From assembly GCA_039586795.1 (NCBI GenBank), contig JBDHJS010000014.1, positions 32,001-96,000 of the forward strand: 64,000 bases of DNA, written 5' to 3'. The notes beneath the pieces were generated by a model that saw nothing but the letters and a program-made list of their open reading frames with translations, was not told where the DNA came from and ran no database searches. A program made the translations under genes and the position numbers. Source of the stretch: Gemmatimonadota bacterium. GTDB lineage: Bacteria; Gemmatimonadota; Gemmatimonadetes; Palauibacterales; KS3-K002. Below, piece by piece: positions 9,274 to 20,897 of this stretch; positions within the stretch are counted from its first letter, which is position 1, and each line of letters starts with the position of its first letter.

Positions 9274-10844
9274 CGATTTCTCGGCCTGCTCTCCGTAATG
9301 TCAGCGGCCGCGACATCGCTCGCACCGCCCGATCTCTGCTCCGCCACGACCTCGATCCGCTCGACCAGCCAGTCGGAGGACGCCGAGACCCGGTCGATGA
9401 ACGGTTTCGGGTACACTCCCATCAAAACCATGAGCAGTAGTAGCGGGACTATGATCGCCAGTTCGAGTCTGGAGAGGTCCAGCAGACCTCGGTTCTCTTC
9501 TATCGTCACGTCGTTCCAGACGACGCGTCTGATCATCGGTAGCATGTAGTACGCCGCGAACACCACACCCGTCGCGGCGACCAGGGTCACCCACGGATAC
9601 CTCAGGAAGGCTCCCACCAGGATCATGAACTCGCCGACAAAGCCGTTCAGACCGGGCAGCCCGATCGAGGCAAGCGCCGTGATGACCAAAGCCGTAGAGA
9701 AGACCGGCACGATCTTGGCCAGCCCACCGTACTCAGCGATCTCGTAGGTATGTCGTCTCTGATAGAGAAAGCCGGCCAATATGAACAATGCGCCGGTAGA
9801 GATGCCGTGATTCACCATCTGCAACACGCCGCCCGCCACACCCATGCTCGTAAAGGCGAACGTTCCCACCATCACGAAACCGAGGTGAGCTACGGATGTG
9901 TAGGCGATCAGTTTCTTCAGGTTCGGCTGCATCGCAGCGACCCACGCCGCGTACGTGATCCCGATCAAGCCGAGCACCAACATCGTCATCACGACGCTCG
10001 GGTCGAGCGCCGCGCCCGGGAACAGCGGGATTGCAAAACGCAGGAACCCGTAGACGCCCATCTTCAGCAGCACTGCCGCCAGGATGACGGAACCCGCGGT
10101 CGGCGCTTCTACGTGCGCGTCCGGCAGCCAGGTGTGGAACGGGAACATCGGGACCTTGATCGCGAACGCGAGCGCGAATGCGGCAAACAGCCAGAACTCC
10201 ATCGCCCCACCGATGTTCAACCTCAACATCTCGGGGTACGCCATGCTCGCAAACCCGAACTGGTCCAGGTGCACCCAGAAGAGCACAAGGATCGCGACCA
10301 GCATCAGCAACGAACCGAACGCCGTAAACAGGAAGAACTTCACCGCCGCGTAGATCCTGCGCTCGTGCCCCCACACGCCGATCAGGAAGTACATCGGGAT
10401 CAGCGTGATTTCCCAGAACACGTAGAACAGGAAAAGGTCCATCGCTACAAACACGCCCAGGATGCCGGTGACCAGCACCAACAGCATGGCGTAGTAGGCC
10501 CGTTCCTTCGTGTTGATTTGCTCCCACGATACCAGCACCGAGATCGGTAGCAGGAACGTGGTCAGCAGGATCAACAGAATCGATATGCCGTCGACGCCGA
10601 GCGAGTACGAGATTCCCCAATCCGGGATCCACGGTATACTCACGAAATTTTGATACTCGACCCTACCGACCTGGAAGGTCCAAAACATGGGGAGGGAAAC
10701 CAGGAACTCCACCATGCCGGCACCGAACGCGAATTGCTTGAGCCATCCCTTGGGGATGAACAGACAGGCAATTCCCGCCACGGCCGGGAAGAAGACCAGG
10801 AAGGTGACGACCCAATGACTGCTGTAGAAATTCGCGAGCGACAT
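9270..10844 (-). CDS. nuoM: NADH-quinone oxidoreductase subunit M
   Basis: FYVFWE, KVPMFPFHTWLPDAHVEAPT, GLPGLNGFVGE. Confidence 0.97.
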   Translation of the reverse strand: MSLANFYSSHWVVTFLVFFPAVAGIACLFIPKGWLKQFAFGAGMVEFLVSLPMFWTFQVGRVEYQNFVSIPWIPDWGISYSLGVDGISILLILLTTFLLPISVLVSWEQINTKERAYYAMLLVLVTGILGVFVAMDLFLFYVFWEITLIPMYFLIGVWGHERRIYAAVKFFLFTAFGSLLMLVAILVLFWVHLDQFGFASMAYPEMLRLNIGGAMEFWLFAAFALAFAIKVPMFPFHTWLPDAHVEAPTAGSVILAAVLLKMGVYGFLRFAIPLFPGAALDPSVVMTMLVLGLIGITYAAWVAAMQPNLKKLIAYTSVAHLGFVMVGTFAFTSMGVAGGVLQMVNHGISTGALFILAGFLYQRRHTYEIAEYGGLAKIVPVFSTALVITALASIGLPGLNGFVGEFMILVGAFLRYPWVTLVAATGVVFAAYYMLPMIRRVVWNDVTIEENRGLLDLSRLELAIIVPLLLLMVLMGVYPKPFIDRVSASSDWLVERIEVVAEQRSGGASDVAAADITESRPRNR

Positions 10845-10857
10845 CCTTTTATCAGTC

Positions 10858-12933
10858 CTAGAGTGTCACTAATCCAAGAATGATGAGCACGCCCAGAACG
10901 ACGATCAGCGCGTACGTGCCGATGGATCCCGTTTGGAAGCGGCTGAACACCCAACCAATGAAGCGCGTGAAGTAAGCCGTGCCGTTCACGCCCACACCAT
11001 CGATGATCCCCTGGTCGATCACGCGCCAGCAGAACCTGCACGTACCCCTGAACGGCCGCAGGATCACCGCCTCGTATATCTCGTCCACGTAGTACTTGTT
11101 GTAGAGCACGCCCATCACTCCCGTCGGCGCTGCCGCTTCGCCCACCGGCTTGTACTTCTTCCCCGCCAGCGCCCGGAACACGACGAGTATCACGACGACC
11201 GCCAGGACGGTTGAGATCAGCGCCCAGGTCCCTTCCCCACCCCCGATCGGTGATGCGTGCGCCGCTTCACCCAGATGCTCCACCATGATGTGCTCCGCCG
11301 CCTCGAACGACGGGTGCAGGAAGTGGTGCAGCCATGTGAACTCAGGAAGTACGGGCAGAGCCTCCGGGATATTGATCCAGCCGGTCACCACCGAGCCGAT
11401 GGCCAGTACCACCAGGGCTCCCGTCATGATGAGCGGCGCTTCGTGCAGGTACTTCCGAGCACCTTCTCCCGCTCGGTTCTCGCCGTGGAACACCATCACC
11501 AGCCAGCGTGTGATGTAGCCCGCGGTGAGCAGTGCTGTCACGATCGCCATCGCCCACAGAACCGTCTTACCGCCGGCGCCCACCGACCAGATGATCTCGT
11601 CTTTCGAGAAGAAACCGGCCAGCGGGAAGACGCCCGCCAGCGCCAGCGCGCCGATCCAGGCCGTCTTGAACGTGGTGGGCATGAAGCGCTTCATGTCCCC
11701 CATGTTCCGCATGTCCTGCGTCATGTCTTCGCCCGCCGGCAGTCCAGCGTGCTCGAGACCATGGTGCATCGCGTGGATCACGGCGCCCGAGGCCATGAAC
11801 AGCAGTGCCTTGAAGAAGGCGTGTGTACCGAGGTGGAATATCCCCGCCGTGAACGCGCCGACGCCCACCGCCAGAAACATGTAGCCGAGCTGCGAGATCG
11901 TGCTGTAGGCGATCACCCGCTTGATGTCGAACTGCGCCATCGCTATGGTCCCGGCGAACAGCGCCGTCACGCCGCCCACGATCGCAACCACATTCATGCT
12001 CAGAGGCGCGAGCGCGAACAGAACGCCCGAGCGCGCCACCAAGTAGACGCCCGCCGTGACCATGGTGGCCGCGTGGATCAACGCCGACACGGGCGTCGGA
12101 CCGTGCATCGCGTCGGGCAACCAGACGTAGAGCGGTATCTGCGCCGACTTACCAGTGCAACCCAGGAACATGAAAAGCGTGATCAGCGTCACCGCCGCGC
12201 CGCCGTATTCAAACGCCCGCGGCGCCAGAGCGAATACGCTCTGGAAATCGAGGGTGCCCACGTAGGCGTAGATCGCGAACATCGCCATCAGAAAACCGAA
12301 ATCGCCGATCCGGTTGACGATGAAGGCCTTCTGACCCGCCTCAGCTTTCTCGCCCTGCTTGAACCAGAAACCGATCAACAGGTACGAGCAGAGCCCCACG
12401 CCCTCCCAACCGACGAACATCAATGGGAAGTTTGCAGCCAACACCAGCACCAGCATGAAGAAGACGAAGAGGTTCAGGTACGCGAAGTAGCGCGCGTAGC
12501 CTGGGTCCCCGCCCATGTAGCCAACGCTGTAGACATGAATGATGAAGCTGACGACCGTGACAACTATCGCCATCAGGATCGACAGCTGGTCCAGCTGTAG
12601 AGCGGCATCGACACGCAGCTGGGCCATGTCGATCCATGTCCAGTACGTGCGGACGACCGGCTCCGCATCGTGCGCCCCTGCGATGAGGACCAGGTTGATC
12701 ACAGCGATCAGCGCGGCGAGCCCCAGTACCGATGGCCCGACGATGCTGACGACTTTCTTACGATCCGGCGCGAAGAACGCCAACGCTCCGTTGATCAAGA
12801 ACCCGATGAGCGGGAAAAGGATCATCCACGACGGGAGAAACGGAACGTAGGTCGCTGCGTGCTCCGCAACCGCCTCCTGGGCGGCTGGTTCTTGCGCCAG
12901 CGCGATGAGATCCAGGGCCAGAGGGCCTACCAT
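10858..12933 (-). CDS. nuoL: NADH-quinone oxidoreductase subunit L
   Basis: [54 protein letters not shown]. Confidence 0.97.
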   Translation of the reverse strand: MVGPLALDLIALAQEPAAQEAVAEHAATYVPFLPSWMILFPLIGFLINGALAFFAPDRKKVVSIVGPSVLGLAALIAVINLVLIAGAHDAEPVVRTYWTWIDMAQLRVDAALQLDQLSILMAIVVTVVSFIIHVYSVGYMGGDPGYARYFAYLNLFVFFMLVLVLAANFPLMFVGWEGVGLCSYLLIGFWFKQGEKAEAGQKAFIVNRIGDFGFLMAMFAIYAYVGTLDFQSVFALAPRAFEYGGAAVTLITLFMFLGCTGKSAQIPLYVWLPDAMHGPTPVSALIHAATMVTAGVYLVARSGVLFALAPLSMNVVAIVGGVTALFAGTIAMAQFDIKRVIAYSTISQLGYMFLAVGVGAFTAGIFHLGTHAFFKALLFMASGAVIHAMHHGLEHAGLPAGEDMTQDMRNMGDMKRFMPTTFKTAWIGALALAGVFPLAGFFSKDEIIWSVGAGGKTVLWAMAIVTALLTAGYITRWLVMVFHGENRAGEGARKYLHEAPLIMTGALVVLAIGSVVTGWINIPEALPVLPEFTWLHHFLHPSFEAAEHIMVEHLGEAAHASPIGGGEGTWALISTVLAVVVILVVFRALAGKKYKPVGEAAAPTGVMGVLYNKYYVDEIYEAVILRPFRGTCRFCWRVIDQGIIDGVGVNGTAYFTRFIGWVFSRFQTGSIGTYALIVVLGVLIILGLVTL

Positions 12934-13220
12934 CTCAATAACCTGAAGTTGCGTACGTCGGCTGAGCCGTAGTGGCGGAAGATCGAGATGATGATCGCCA
13001 ACCCGACCGCGGCCTCAGCCGCCGCCACCGTCATCACGAATATCACGAATAACTGGGCTTCCACGCCCACGTACCGGGATATCGTTACGAGCGTGAGGTT
13101 CACTGCGTTGAGCATGAGCTCGATACACATGAACATTACGATTGCGTTTCGACGCAGCAGCACGCCCACCGTCCCAATGGCAAACAGCAAAGCGCTCAAT
13201 ACCAGTGATTCGACGAACAT
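12927..13220 (-). CDS. nuoK: NADH-quinone oxidoreductase subunit K
   Basis: [22 protein letters not shown]. Confidence 0.97.
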   Translation of the reverse strand: MFVESLVLSALLFAIGTVGVLLRRNAIVMFMCIELMLNAVNLTLVTISRYVGVEAQLFVIFVMTVAAAEAAVGLAIIISIFRHYGSADVRNFRLLRW

Positions 13221-13224
13221 GACG

Positions 13225-13740
<516 letters not shown>

Positions 13741-13782
13741 TGGGGTCTTATCCTGCGATCTCCCGGAACATTCTCTCGCCCA

Positions 13783-14280
13783 TCACTCCGATGCCGGATC
13801 CTCCGGATCCCACAGCTGTGTGAATGGGTGATCTTGTGCTGCCAGCCGCTCCAGGTCGTAGACGAACCGTTCGCGACTGTACTCAGCGTTCTCATAGTGG
13901 ACGCCGACGTGTATGGCCTCCACGGGACACACTTCCTGACAGTAGCCGCAGAAGATGCAGCGAAATTCGTCGATCTCGTAGATCGCCGCGTACCGCTCGC
14001 CGTTCTCGTCTTCCGCGGGGATGAGCTTGATGCAATTCGCAGGACAGATCGTCGGGCACAGGCCGCAAGCGACGCACTTGGCACGGCCGTCCTCGTGCAC
14101 CGCCATGCGATGCGTGCCGCGCCAACGCGGCGACAGCTCCCATTTCTCTTCGGGGTACTGCTGCGAAACCGTCACCGGCTTGACCAGGTGCTTGAACGTG
14201 AGCGCCATCCCTTTGAGGCTAGCCCTCAGATACGACGCCCCGCCTTCTGGCCTATCGACTTTCTTTACGCTAATCGCCAT
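13783..14280 (-). CDS. nuoI: NADH-quinone oxidoreductase subunit I
   Basis: CVACGLC..CP and CIFCGYC..CP 2x[4Fe-4S] motifs. Confidence 0.97.
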   Translation of the reverse strand: MAISVKKVDRPEGGASYLRASLKGMALTFKHLVKPVTVSQQYPEEKWELSPRWRGTHRMAVHEDGRAKCVACGLCPTICPANCIKLIPAEDENGERYAAIYEIDEFRCIFCGYCQEVCPVEAIHVGVHYENAEYSRERFVYDLERLAAQDHPFTQLWDPEDPASE

Positions 14281-14292
14281 CGGCTACCCGTG

Positions 14293-15513
14293 TTAATCAG
14301 CCCGTTGAGGTCGCGCTTGATTCCAAGCGCTTCCTGTTATGATTCGCCTCCGGTCCAGCCAGAACACGATGCCGGCCATCATCACCACGTTTAGCAGCGT
14401 CAGATAGAGGACGTACCGGAGCCCGAACTCGATGCCCGCCCGGTCCATATAGAGCATCACGCCGCCCAGCACCGCTATGTATACGACCGACATCGGTATC
14501 AGCACTTTCCAGCCCAACGACATCACCTGGTCGTAGCGGAAGCGCGGTACGGTCCAGCGAACCCAGATGAACACGAAGACGAAGAACACCACTTTGGCCG
14601 CGAAGAAGCAGGCCGTCAGCAACGTCTTCCATAACGCCGGCGCAGCGCCGACGATGGTTCCGTCCGCCGCCAGCGCCATGTTGTCGCCCGTCCAGAACGG
14701 GATATCCCAGCCGCCAAAGAAGAACGTCGCCATCAGCGCCGCCGCGGTGATCATGTTGGCGTATTCGGCCAGCATGAACATCGCGAACTTCATCGCCGAG
14801 TACTCGGTGTGAAAGCCGTACACCAGTTCCGACTCCGCCTCCGGCATATCGAACGGCGGTCGGTTGGTTTCGGCGTAGTACGACACCGTGAAGAACAGGA
14901 AGCACACCATCAGTGGGAGTATAAACCACAGCGTGTTCTGCTGCTGACTGATAATCTCCGGCAACGACACGTTTCCGGACACCATCAGGATCGGTACGAG
15001 GCTGAGGCCCAGCGCCACCTCGTAACTGATCATCTGCGCCGACGCTCGAACGCCACCCAGGAACGGGTACTTGCTGTTCGAAGCCCATCCGCCCAACACC
15101 AATCCATAGACGCCCAGCGAACCGATCGCTAGCACGTACAGGAAGCCGATGGGCAGGTTGGCCACCACCATGTCGACGTTCCCCCACGGCGTGCTCAGCG
15201 GTGCGGCAAACGGGATGACCGCAAAGACGACAAAGGCCGGGAACATCGAAATCGCCGGCGCCAGGTAGAACAGCCAGCGCGACGACTCGGCGGGACGAAC
15301 CTCTTCCTTCAGAAAGTTCTTGATTCCATCCGCAATCGGTTGAAAGACGCCCCAGGGCCCAACGCGATTCGGTCCGCTCCGGTCCTGTATCCAGGCGGCG
15401 ATCTTCCGCTCGGCCAGCGTCGTAATCGCGACCGCCAACAGCCAGACCATGAAGACGACTACCATCTTCACGAACCCGGCGATCAGAAATGCCGTAGTTG
15501 AGAGAGAACTCAT
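14293..15513 (-). CDS. nuoH: NADH-quinone oxidoreductase subunit H
   Basis: ERKIAAWIQDR.GPNRVG, QPIADG.K, AETNRPPFD.PEAESEL. Confidence 0.97.
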   Translation of the reverse strand: MSSLSTTAFLIAGFVKMVVVFMVWLLAVAITTLAERKIAAWIQDRSGPNRVGPWGVFQPIADGIKNFLKEEVRPAESSRWLFYLAPAISMFPAFVVFAVIPFAAPLSTPWGNVDMVVANLPIGFLYVLAIGSLGVYGLVLGGWASNSKYPFLGGVRASAQMISYEVALGLSLVPILMVSGNVSLPEIISQQQNTLWFILPLMVCFLFFTVSYYAETNRPPFDMPEAESELVYGFHTEYSAMKFAMFMLAEYANMITAAALMATFFFGGWDIPFWTGDNMALAADGTIVGAAPALWKTLLTACFFAAKVVFFVFVFIWVRWTVPRFRYDQVMSLGWKVLIPMSVVYIAVLGGVMLYMDRAGIEFGLRYVLYLTLLNVVMMAGIVFWLDRRRIITGSAWNQARPQRAD

Positions 15514-15537
15514 CTTCGACTCTTATCAGTCAGCTGT

Positions 15538-17118
15538 TCAGCTCGCCGTCGCCGCGGTACCCGCGCCCGCTATCTTCGCTCCCTGCAAGCCGAGCTTCTC
15601 GTAGCTCATTCCATCGAAGGCGTCGTATTCACTCGCCAGAGCGGCAAACGCCTCCGCCGCCGTCCTTAACTCACTGCCCGCCCCCATGCGCGACAACACG
15701 ACGGAGCCCGTCATCCAGATCGGCCGCGCCAGTCCCGGCGCTCGGAGCGCTTGCGAAAAACGCTGTACGCGTCCTTCGTAATTGGTGAATGTACCGTCCA
15801 TCTCGGCGAACGTCGGAGAAGGCAGCGCTAAGTGCGCGTTGCGGGCCGCAGCACTCAACCTGTTGCCGATATAGACGAACAGTCTCGCTTTGGCGCCAAA
15901 GTCCTCCGGCGCGTCTTCCAGGTCTTCCTCCAGCACGAAAAGGGCGCCGGCGTGGTCGGCCACAGCGAATGGATCGTCCGTTCGCTTGAAGCCCAGTGCT
16001 TGTGCGCCGTTCACGTTGGCAGCCCGCTCTTCACGCAAGGTCAGCGTCGGAAATCCGGCGAGCACCTCCTCGGGCCCGGTCTCAACCCGGAACCCACCGC
16101 CCTCGAAACCGACTTGGTCCATCAGCTTGTGCAGAGCATACAGGCTTTCGTTGGACGCCCCGGCGCTGACCAGCGCACGGGCACCCCCGGGGCCGCTCTC
16201 GAGACCCGATGCTAATGATTCGAGGGCGCGCGTCCAGTCGGCTGGCTTGAGCGCGCCGTCCTCGCGGACCATCGGTACCTCGAGACGATCTCCGGCGCCC
16301 CAATTGACCACGCTCTGTCGCCCATGGTCACACATCCAGTAGGAGTTGACCTCGGCGTTGTGACGCGGCTTGGCTCGGAGGATCCGATTCTCTTTCGTGC
16401 CGAGCGACACATTGCAGCCCTGTGTACAACCCGGGCAGACGCTAGCCGTGCGATCCAAGTCCCACGAACGAGCCTTGAATAGAAAGTCCTCGTTCACCAG
16501 CGCGCCCACTGGACACACGTCCACGATGTTCATCGAGAACGGGTGTTCGAACAGCTCGCCGGTCATCGTGTCGATATAGCCGCGCGAGCCTCGGTTCATC
16601 ACTTCGATCAACGCATCGCCCGCTACTTCGTCCATGAACCGGACGCAGCGCGTACAGAGGATACAACGGTCTGCGAAGTAGACGATATCGCTCGTCAGGT
16701 GATCGCGACCCAACACGACCTTGGGCTCCACGTTGCGTGTGCGCAGCTGGCCCGTCTCGAACGCGTAGTCCTGTAGCTCGCACTGGCCGGCCGCGTCGCA
16801 GATCGGACAGTCCAACGGGTGATTGACCAGCAAGAACTCGACGGCGGCCTTTCGGGCTTTGCGCGCGTCGGCGTTGTCGGTCGTGACTACCATCCCGTCC
16901 TGAACCGTCTGCACGCACGACGGAAGCGGTTTAGGCGCGCCCTCCACCTCGACCAGGCACATCCGGCAGACGGCCGGAGCGCTGAGGCCGGGGTGATAGC
17001 AGTACCGGGGTATCACTATGCCGACACGTTCCGCCGCATGGAGGATCGTCGTGCCGACCGGTACGGATACCTTGGCTCCGTCGATCGTTAGTTCTACGAG
17101 CTTGTTCTCATCGTTCAT
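15538..17118 (-). CDS. nuoG: NADH-quinone oxidoreductase subunit G (short form)
   Basis: CYHP..CRMCLV, HPLDCPICD..GQC, CILCTRC, CPGCTQGC clusters; 526 aa. Confidence 0.93.
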   Translation of the reverse strand: MNDENKLVELTIDGAKVSVPVGTTILHAAERVGIVIPRYCYHPGLSAPAVCRMCLVEVEGAPKPLPSCVQTVQDGMVVTTDNADARKARKAAVEFLLVNHPLDCPICDAAGQCELQDYAFETGQLRTRNVEPKVVLGRDHLTSDIVYFADRCILCTRCVRFMDEVAGDALIEVMNRGSRGYIDTMTGELFEHPFSMNIVDVCPVGALVNEDFLFKARSWDLDRTASVCPGCTQGCNVSLGTKENRILRAKPRHNAEVNSYWMCDHGRQSVVNWGAGDRLEVPMVREDGALKPADWTRALESLASGLESGPGGARALVSAGASNESLYALHKLMDQVGFEGGGFRVETGPEEVLAGFPTLTLREERAANVNGAQALGFKRTDDPFAVADHAGALFVLEEDLEDAPEDFGAKARLFVYIGNRLSAAARNAHLALPSPTFAEMDGTFTNYEGRVQRFSQALRAPGLARPIWMTGSVVLSRMGAGSELRTAAEAFAALASEYDAFDGMSYEKLGLQGAKIAGAGTAATAS

Positions 17119-17145
17119 GCGCTTCGACCGTCGCTATCTCACGTG

Positions 17146-18435
17146 CTAGCGCGCCGCGGTGCAACTGCCATCGCGGATGTGCGCCAGGTATTCGTCCTCG
17201 AATTTCTGGATCGAACTCACAACAGGTACGGCTGCGCTGTCGGACAACGGACAGATCGTCTTCCCTACCATGTTCGAGCCGACATCGAGCAACAGCGGCA
17301 AGTCTTCTTCGCGTCCGTCGCCACGCTCGATGCGTCTCAGGATCTTGGCCAACCACGAGGTCCCTTCACGACAATTCGTACATTGGCCGCACGACTCGTG
17401 GGCGTAGAACTCCACCATCTTGCGGACCGCGTGGACGATGCACGTCGAGTCGTCCATCGCGATCAGCCCGCCCGAACCCAGGAACGAGCCGGCCGCTTCG
17501 ATGCCTTCGTAGGTACAATCGCAGTCGATCTCGTCCAACGTCATAATCGGCACCGACGAGCCGCCGGGAATCAACGCCTTCAGTTGACGCCCTTCCGGCG
17601 GACCGCCGCACAGATCGAAAACCAGTTCCTTCAGACTGAAGTCTAGCGGAACCTCATAGTTGCCCGGTCGCTGAAGGTGCCCACAACAGGAAAACAGCTT
17701 GGTGCCCGGGCTCTTCTCGGTCCCCCACTGCCGATACCAGTCGGCGCCGTTCTCCATGATGTGCGGGACGGCGGCCAGCGTCTCGACGTTGTTCACCGTC
17801 GTTGGCATCCCAAACGCGCCCTGCTGCGCGGGAAACGGCGGCTTGATCCGAGGCTCGGCGCGCCGACCTTCCAGCGAATTGAGCAGCCCCGTTTCCTCAC
17901 CGGCGATATAGGCGCCGGCGCCCAGGTGCACCGTCAGGTCAAGATTGAAACCGGAGCCCTGTATGTTCTCGCCCAGATATCCACGCTCGTAGGCCTCGAC
18001 CACCGCGCCATTCAACACGCGCACGACATCCACGAACTCGCCGCGGATATAGATGTAGGCGTGTGAGGCCCGGATCGCGTACGAGCAGATGATGATCCCC
18101 TCGATCAGCTGGTGGGGTGTCCACCGCATGATCTCGCGGTCCTTGAACGTGCCGGGTTCGCTTTCGTCGGCGTTGCAGGCGAGGTAATTGGGACGGTCTC
18201 CATCCTTGGGCATGAAGCTCCACTTCAGGCCGGCCGGGAAACCGGCGCCGCCGCGGCCGCGAAGACCGGACTCTTTTACGACTTCGATGACCTCGTCGGG
18301 CGACTTCTCGAACACACCCTTCAATGCGGTGTAGCCGCCGCGCTCGATCCACCCATCAATTCCGATGGCGTCTTTGTCCCCGAAGTACTTGGATAGGACC
18401 CGAACCTCGCGCGGGTGGGCGTACGGATACGCCAT
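17146..18435 (-). CDS. nuoF: NADH-quinone oxidoreductase subunit F
   Basis: SGLRGRGGAGF, NADESEPGTFKDR, GEETGLL.SLEG, ESCGQC..CREG. Confidence 0.98.
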   Translation of the reverse strand: MAYPYAHPREVRVLSKYFGDKDAIGIDGWIERGGYTALKGVFEKSPDEVIEVVKESGLRGRGGAGFPAGLKWSFMPKDGDRPNYLACNADESEPGTFKDREIMRWTPHQLIEGIIICSYAIRASHAYIYIRGEFVDVVRVLNGAVVEAYERGYLGENIQGSGFNLDLTVHLGAGAYIAGEETGLLNSLEGRRAEPRIKPPFPAQQGAFGMPTTVNNVETLAAVPHIMENGADWYRQWGTEKSPGTKLFSCCGHLQRPGNYEVPLDFSLKELVFDLCGGPPEGRQLKALIPGGSSVPIMTLDEIDCDCTYEGIEAAGSFLGSGGLIAMDDSTCIVHAVRKMVEFYAHESCGQCTNCREGTSWLAKILRRIERGDGREEDLPLLLDVGSNMVGKTICPLSDSAAVPVVSSIQKFEDEYLAHIRDGSCTAAR

Positions 18436-18438
18436 GGC

Positions 18439-18978
18439 TCAATCCAGCTCCTTCAGCAAGCCTTCCACATCCTTGGCTTGCACGTTTTCGTAAATCTTGT
18501 CGTTGACCTGTACCATTGCCGGGAATCCACAGCCACCCAGGCACTCCACTTCAACAATCGTATACTTCCCGTCTTCCGACGTCTCTCCGATTCGCGTCTT
18601 CGTCGCTTCCAGCAAACCCTCGACCACACCCTCCGCGCCACATAGATCGCAACCGATTCCCGTGCAGACCTGAATCAGGTACTTACCCACCGGATGCAGC
18701 TGATACATGGTGTAGAACGAGGCAACCGAGCGAGCGTAGGCCGAGGTCAGGTCCAGCAGTTCCGCCACGCGACCGATCGTCTCGGGGGAAAGCCAACCCC
18801 TCAACTCCTGAGCCATGCTGAGAACGGGTAGCAGCGCCGCGCGCTTGTCCGGGTACCGGCTCAGAATCTTGTCGAACCGGTCCTTGTACTCGCCTTCGAA
18901 GAGCGGCGCGTCCGGGTTGTTCTCGTCACTCTGCGACGGTTGCCCGCTCACGATCGCAGGATGCATCCCGTCGCTCAT
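18439..18978 (-). CDS. nuoE: NADH-quinone oxidoreductase subunit E
   Basis: VASFY, CTGIGC...CLGGC [2Fe-2S] motif. Confidence 0.96.
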   Translation of the reverse strand: MSDGMHPAIVSGQPSQSDENNPDAPLFEGEYKDRFDKILSRYPDKRAALLPVLSMAQELRGWLSPETIGRVAELLDLTSAYARSVASFYTMYQLHPVGKYLIQVCTGIGCDLCGAEGVVEGLLEATKTRIGETSEDGKYTIVEVECLGGCGFPAMVQVNDKIYENVQAKDVEGLLKELD

Positions 18979-20789
18979 CTATCGATCTCCCCGAGCACGA
19001 TATCGATGCTCGCGTTAACCGCTATCAGGTCGGCGACCAATTCGCCCTCCACCAGAGCCGGTAGGTTGGACATGTTCATGAACGAAGGACCCCGGTATCG
19101 GCAACGAACTGGTTTGGAACCGCCGTCCGACACCAGGTAGAACCCCAGCTCGCCCTTCGAACTCTCGATCGAATACCAGACCTCGCCCGCGGGAACCTTG
19201 ACGCCCTCCATGACCAGCTTGAAGTGATTGATCATGCCGTCAATCGAGTTCATCACCGTCGACTTCGGCGGCAAGATGACGCGCGGGTCGCTTACGTTGA
19301 TATCGCCGTCCGGCACCCGGTCGAGGGCCTGCCTGAGGATGCGGATCGACTGCCGCATCTCTTCCATGCGGACCAAATACCGGTCGTACGTATCTCCGTA
19401 CTCTCCGATCGGCACATCGAAGTTGTAGGTCTCGTAGTCGAGATACGGATTGTCTTTCCGGACATCGTACGGCACGCCAGAAGCGCGCAGGTTCGGGCCG
19501 CATAGCGCGTTGTTGATCGCGTCATCAGGACCCATCACGCCCACGCCTTGCGTCCGCCCGATCCAGATCGAGTTCTTGGTCAGCAGCCGGTCGGTTTCGT
19601 CCAGCGTACCCGGGAACGTATCGACGAACTCGCGCACGCTATCCAGCCAACCCGGAGGGATGTCCGCCATCATGCCGCCCACGCGTGAAACGCTCGTCGT
19701 CATGCGAGCGCCGGCGTATGCTTCATGCAGGTTGTAGATCCGCTCACGTTCCTGGAACGTGTACAGGAATGGAGTGAAGGCCCCGATATCGATCGCTGTC
19801 GTTCCCACCCAAATCAGGTGAGAAAGGATCCGGTTCAGCTCCATGCAGATCATCCGGATCACCTTGCAACGTGGCGTGGCCTCGATGCCCAGCAACTTCT
19901 CCACCGCCATCGCGTAGCCGATGTTGTACATCATCGGCGCCAGGTAATCCATGCGATCGGTCAACGGGATGACCTGATTCCACGTCCGATACTCGCTGAG
20001 TTTCTCGAAACCGGTGTGCAGGTAGCCGATGTGCGGCGTGCACTTCACGATCGTCTCGCCGTCCAACTCGCAGACAAGTCTCAGCACGCCATGGGTCGCC
20101 GGGTGCTGCGGCCCCACATTTAGGATCATGTTCTGCGTGTCGATGTCGGGGACGGTATCCCCGGACTGAGCCTGCGATCCGCGGTCGACCGCTCGCGACC
20201 GATCTTTGACGACCGCCAGCTCGTCCAGGCTGTAGATGTCCTCGAGATCTCTTGCCAGGGCACGTCGCGTCTGTTCCGCCCGTGTGAAGCGCCCCCGTAG
20301 CGGAAAGTCCTTCCGCAGCGGATAGCCTTCCTCGTAGTTCTCGGGCATCAGGATGCGGCGATGATCGGGGTGGCCTTCGAACGTGATGCCGAACATGTCG
20401 TACACTTCGCGCTCGAGCCAATTCGAACCGCGCCAGATCCCGCAGACGCTCCTGATTCGTGGGCGATCGAGTGGCACTTCCGCTTTGACGCGCAACGGAA
20501 GATCTCGGCCTGTTGACCAGAGCTCGTAGACCACCTGGACAGGACGCCCGCCACCGAGGTCCAGCCCCGTGACGTCGCGTACCATATCGAAGCCTTGAGT
20601 TTCGCGGAGATACGTGAGGACTTCGATGTTACGGTCACAGTCTATGTAGACGACGGGCTCACCCGCGGCATCCACCTCGACCATCCGCACCGTTTCCCCA
20701 AACTCCAAACGCAGCTGCTCCACGTCGCTACGCTTAACGGCGTTCGCCACGCTCACGCTTTCTTCTCCCAGGGTCGTGCTCGACGGCAT
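18975..20789 (-). CDS. nuoCD: fused NADH-quinone oxidoreductase subunit C/D
   Basis: NuoC motif EREVYDMFGI.F.GHPD..RILM..PLRKDFP in frame with NuoD GPQHPATHGVLR...DIVLGEIDR. Confidence 0.95.
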   Translation of the reverse strand: MPSSTTLGEESVSVANAVKRSDVEQLRLEFGETVRMVEVDAAGEPVVYIDCDRNIEVLTYLRETQGFDMVRDVTGLDLGGGRPVQVVYELWSTGRDLPLRVKAEVPLDRPRIRSVCGIWRGSNWLEREVYDMFGITFEGHPDHRRILMPENYEEGYPLRKDFPLRGRFTRAEQTRRALARDLEDIYSLDELAVVKDRSRAVDRGSQAQSGDTVPDIDTQNMILNVGPQHPATHGVLRLVCELDGETIVKCTPHIGYLHTGFEKLSEYRTWNQVIPLTDRMDYLAPMMYNIGYAMAVEKLLGIEATPRCKVIRMICMELNRILSHLIWVGTTAIDIGAFTPFLYTFQERERIYNLHEAYAGARMTTSVSRVGGMMADIPPGWLDSVREFVDTFPGTLDETDRLLTKNSIWIGRTQGVGVMGPDDAINNALCGPNLRASGVPYDVRKDNPYLDYETYNFDVPIGEYGDTYDRYLVRMEEMRQSIRILRQALDRVPDGDINVSDPRVILPPKSTVMNSIDGMINHFKLVMEGVKVPAGEVWYSIESSKGELGFYLVSDGGSKPVRCRYRGPSFMNMSNLPALVEGELVADLIAVNASIDIVLGEIDR

Positions 20790-20897
20790 TCTCCCAAAAC
20801 CTGTCGTTCACGGTCGTTTCCGGCCGCACCCCGCGCGCTCACAACCGTCGCGGACCGGCCTGCCTACACCCGCGGGCCACTGCCCGCCGGGTTTCCA

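Noticed and set aside
4916..12600. Long plus-strand ORFs (4916-6187, 6277-7197, 7675-8916, 11257-12600)
   Set aside because: Antisense shadows of sucC, pgm, nuoN and nuoL, expected from high-GC codon bias; no motifs.
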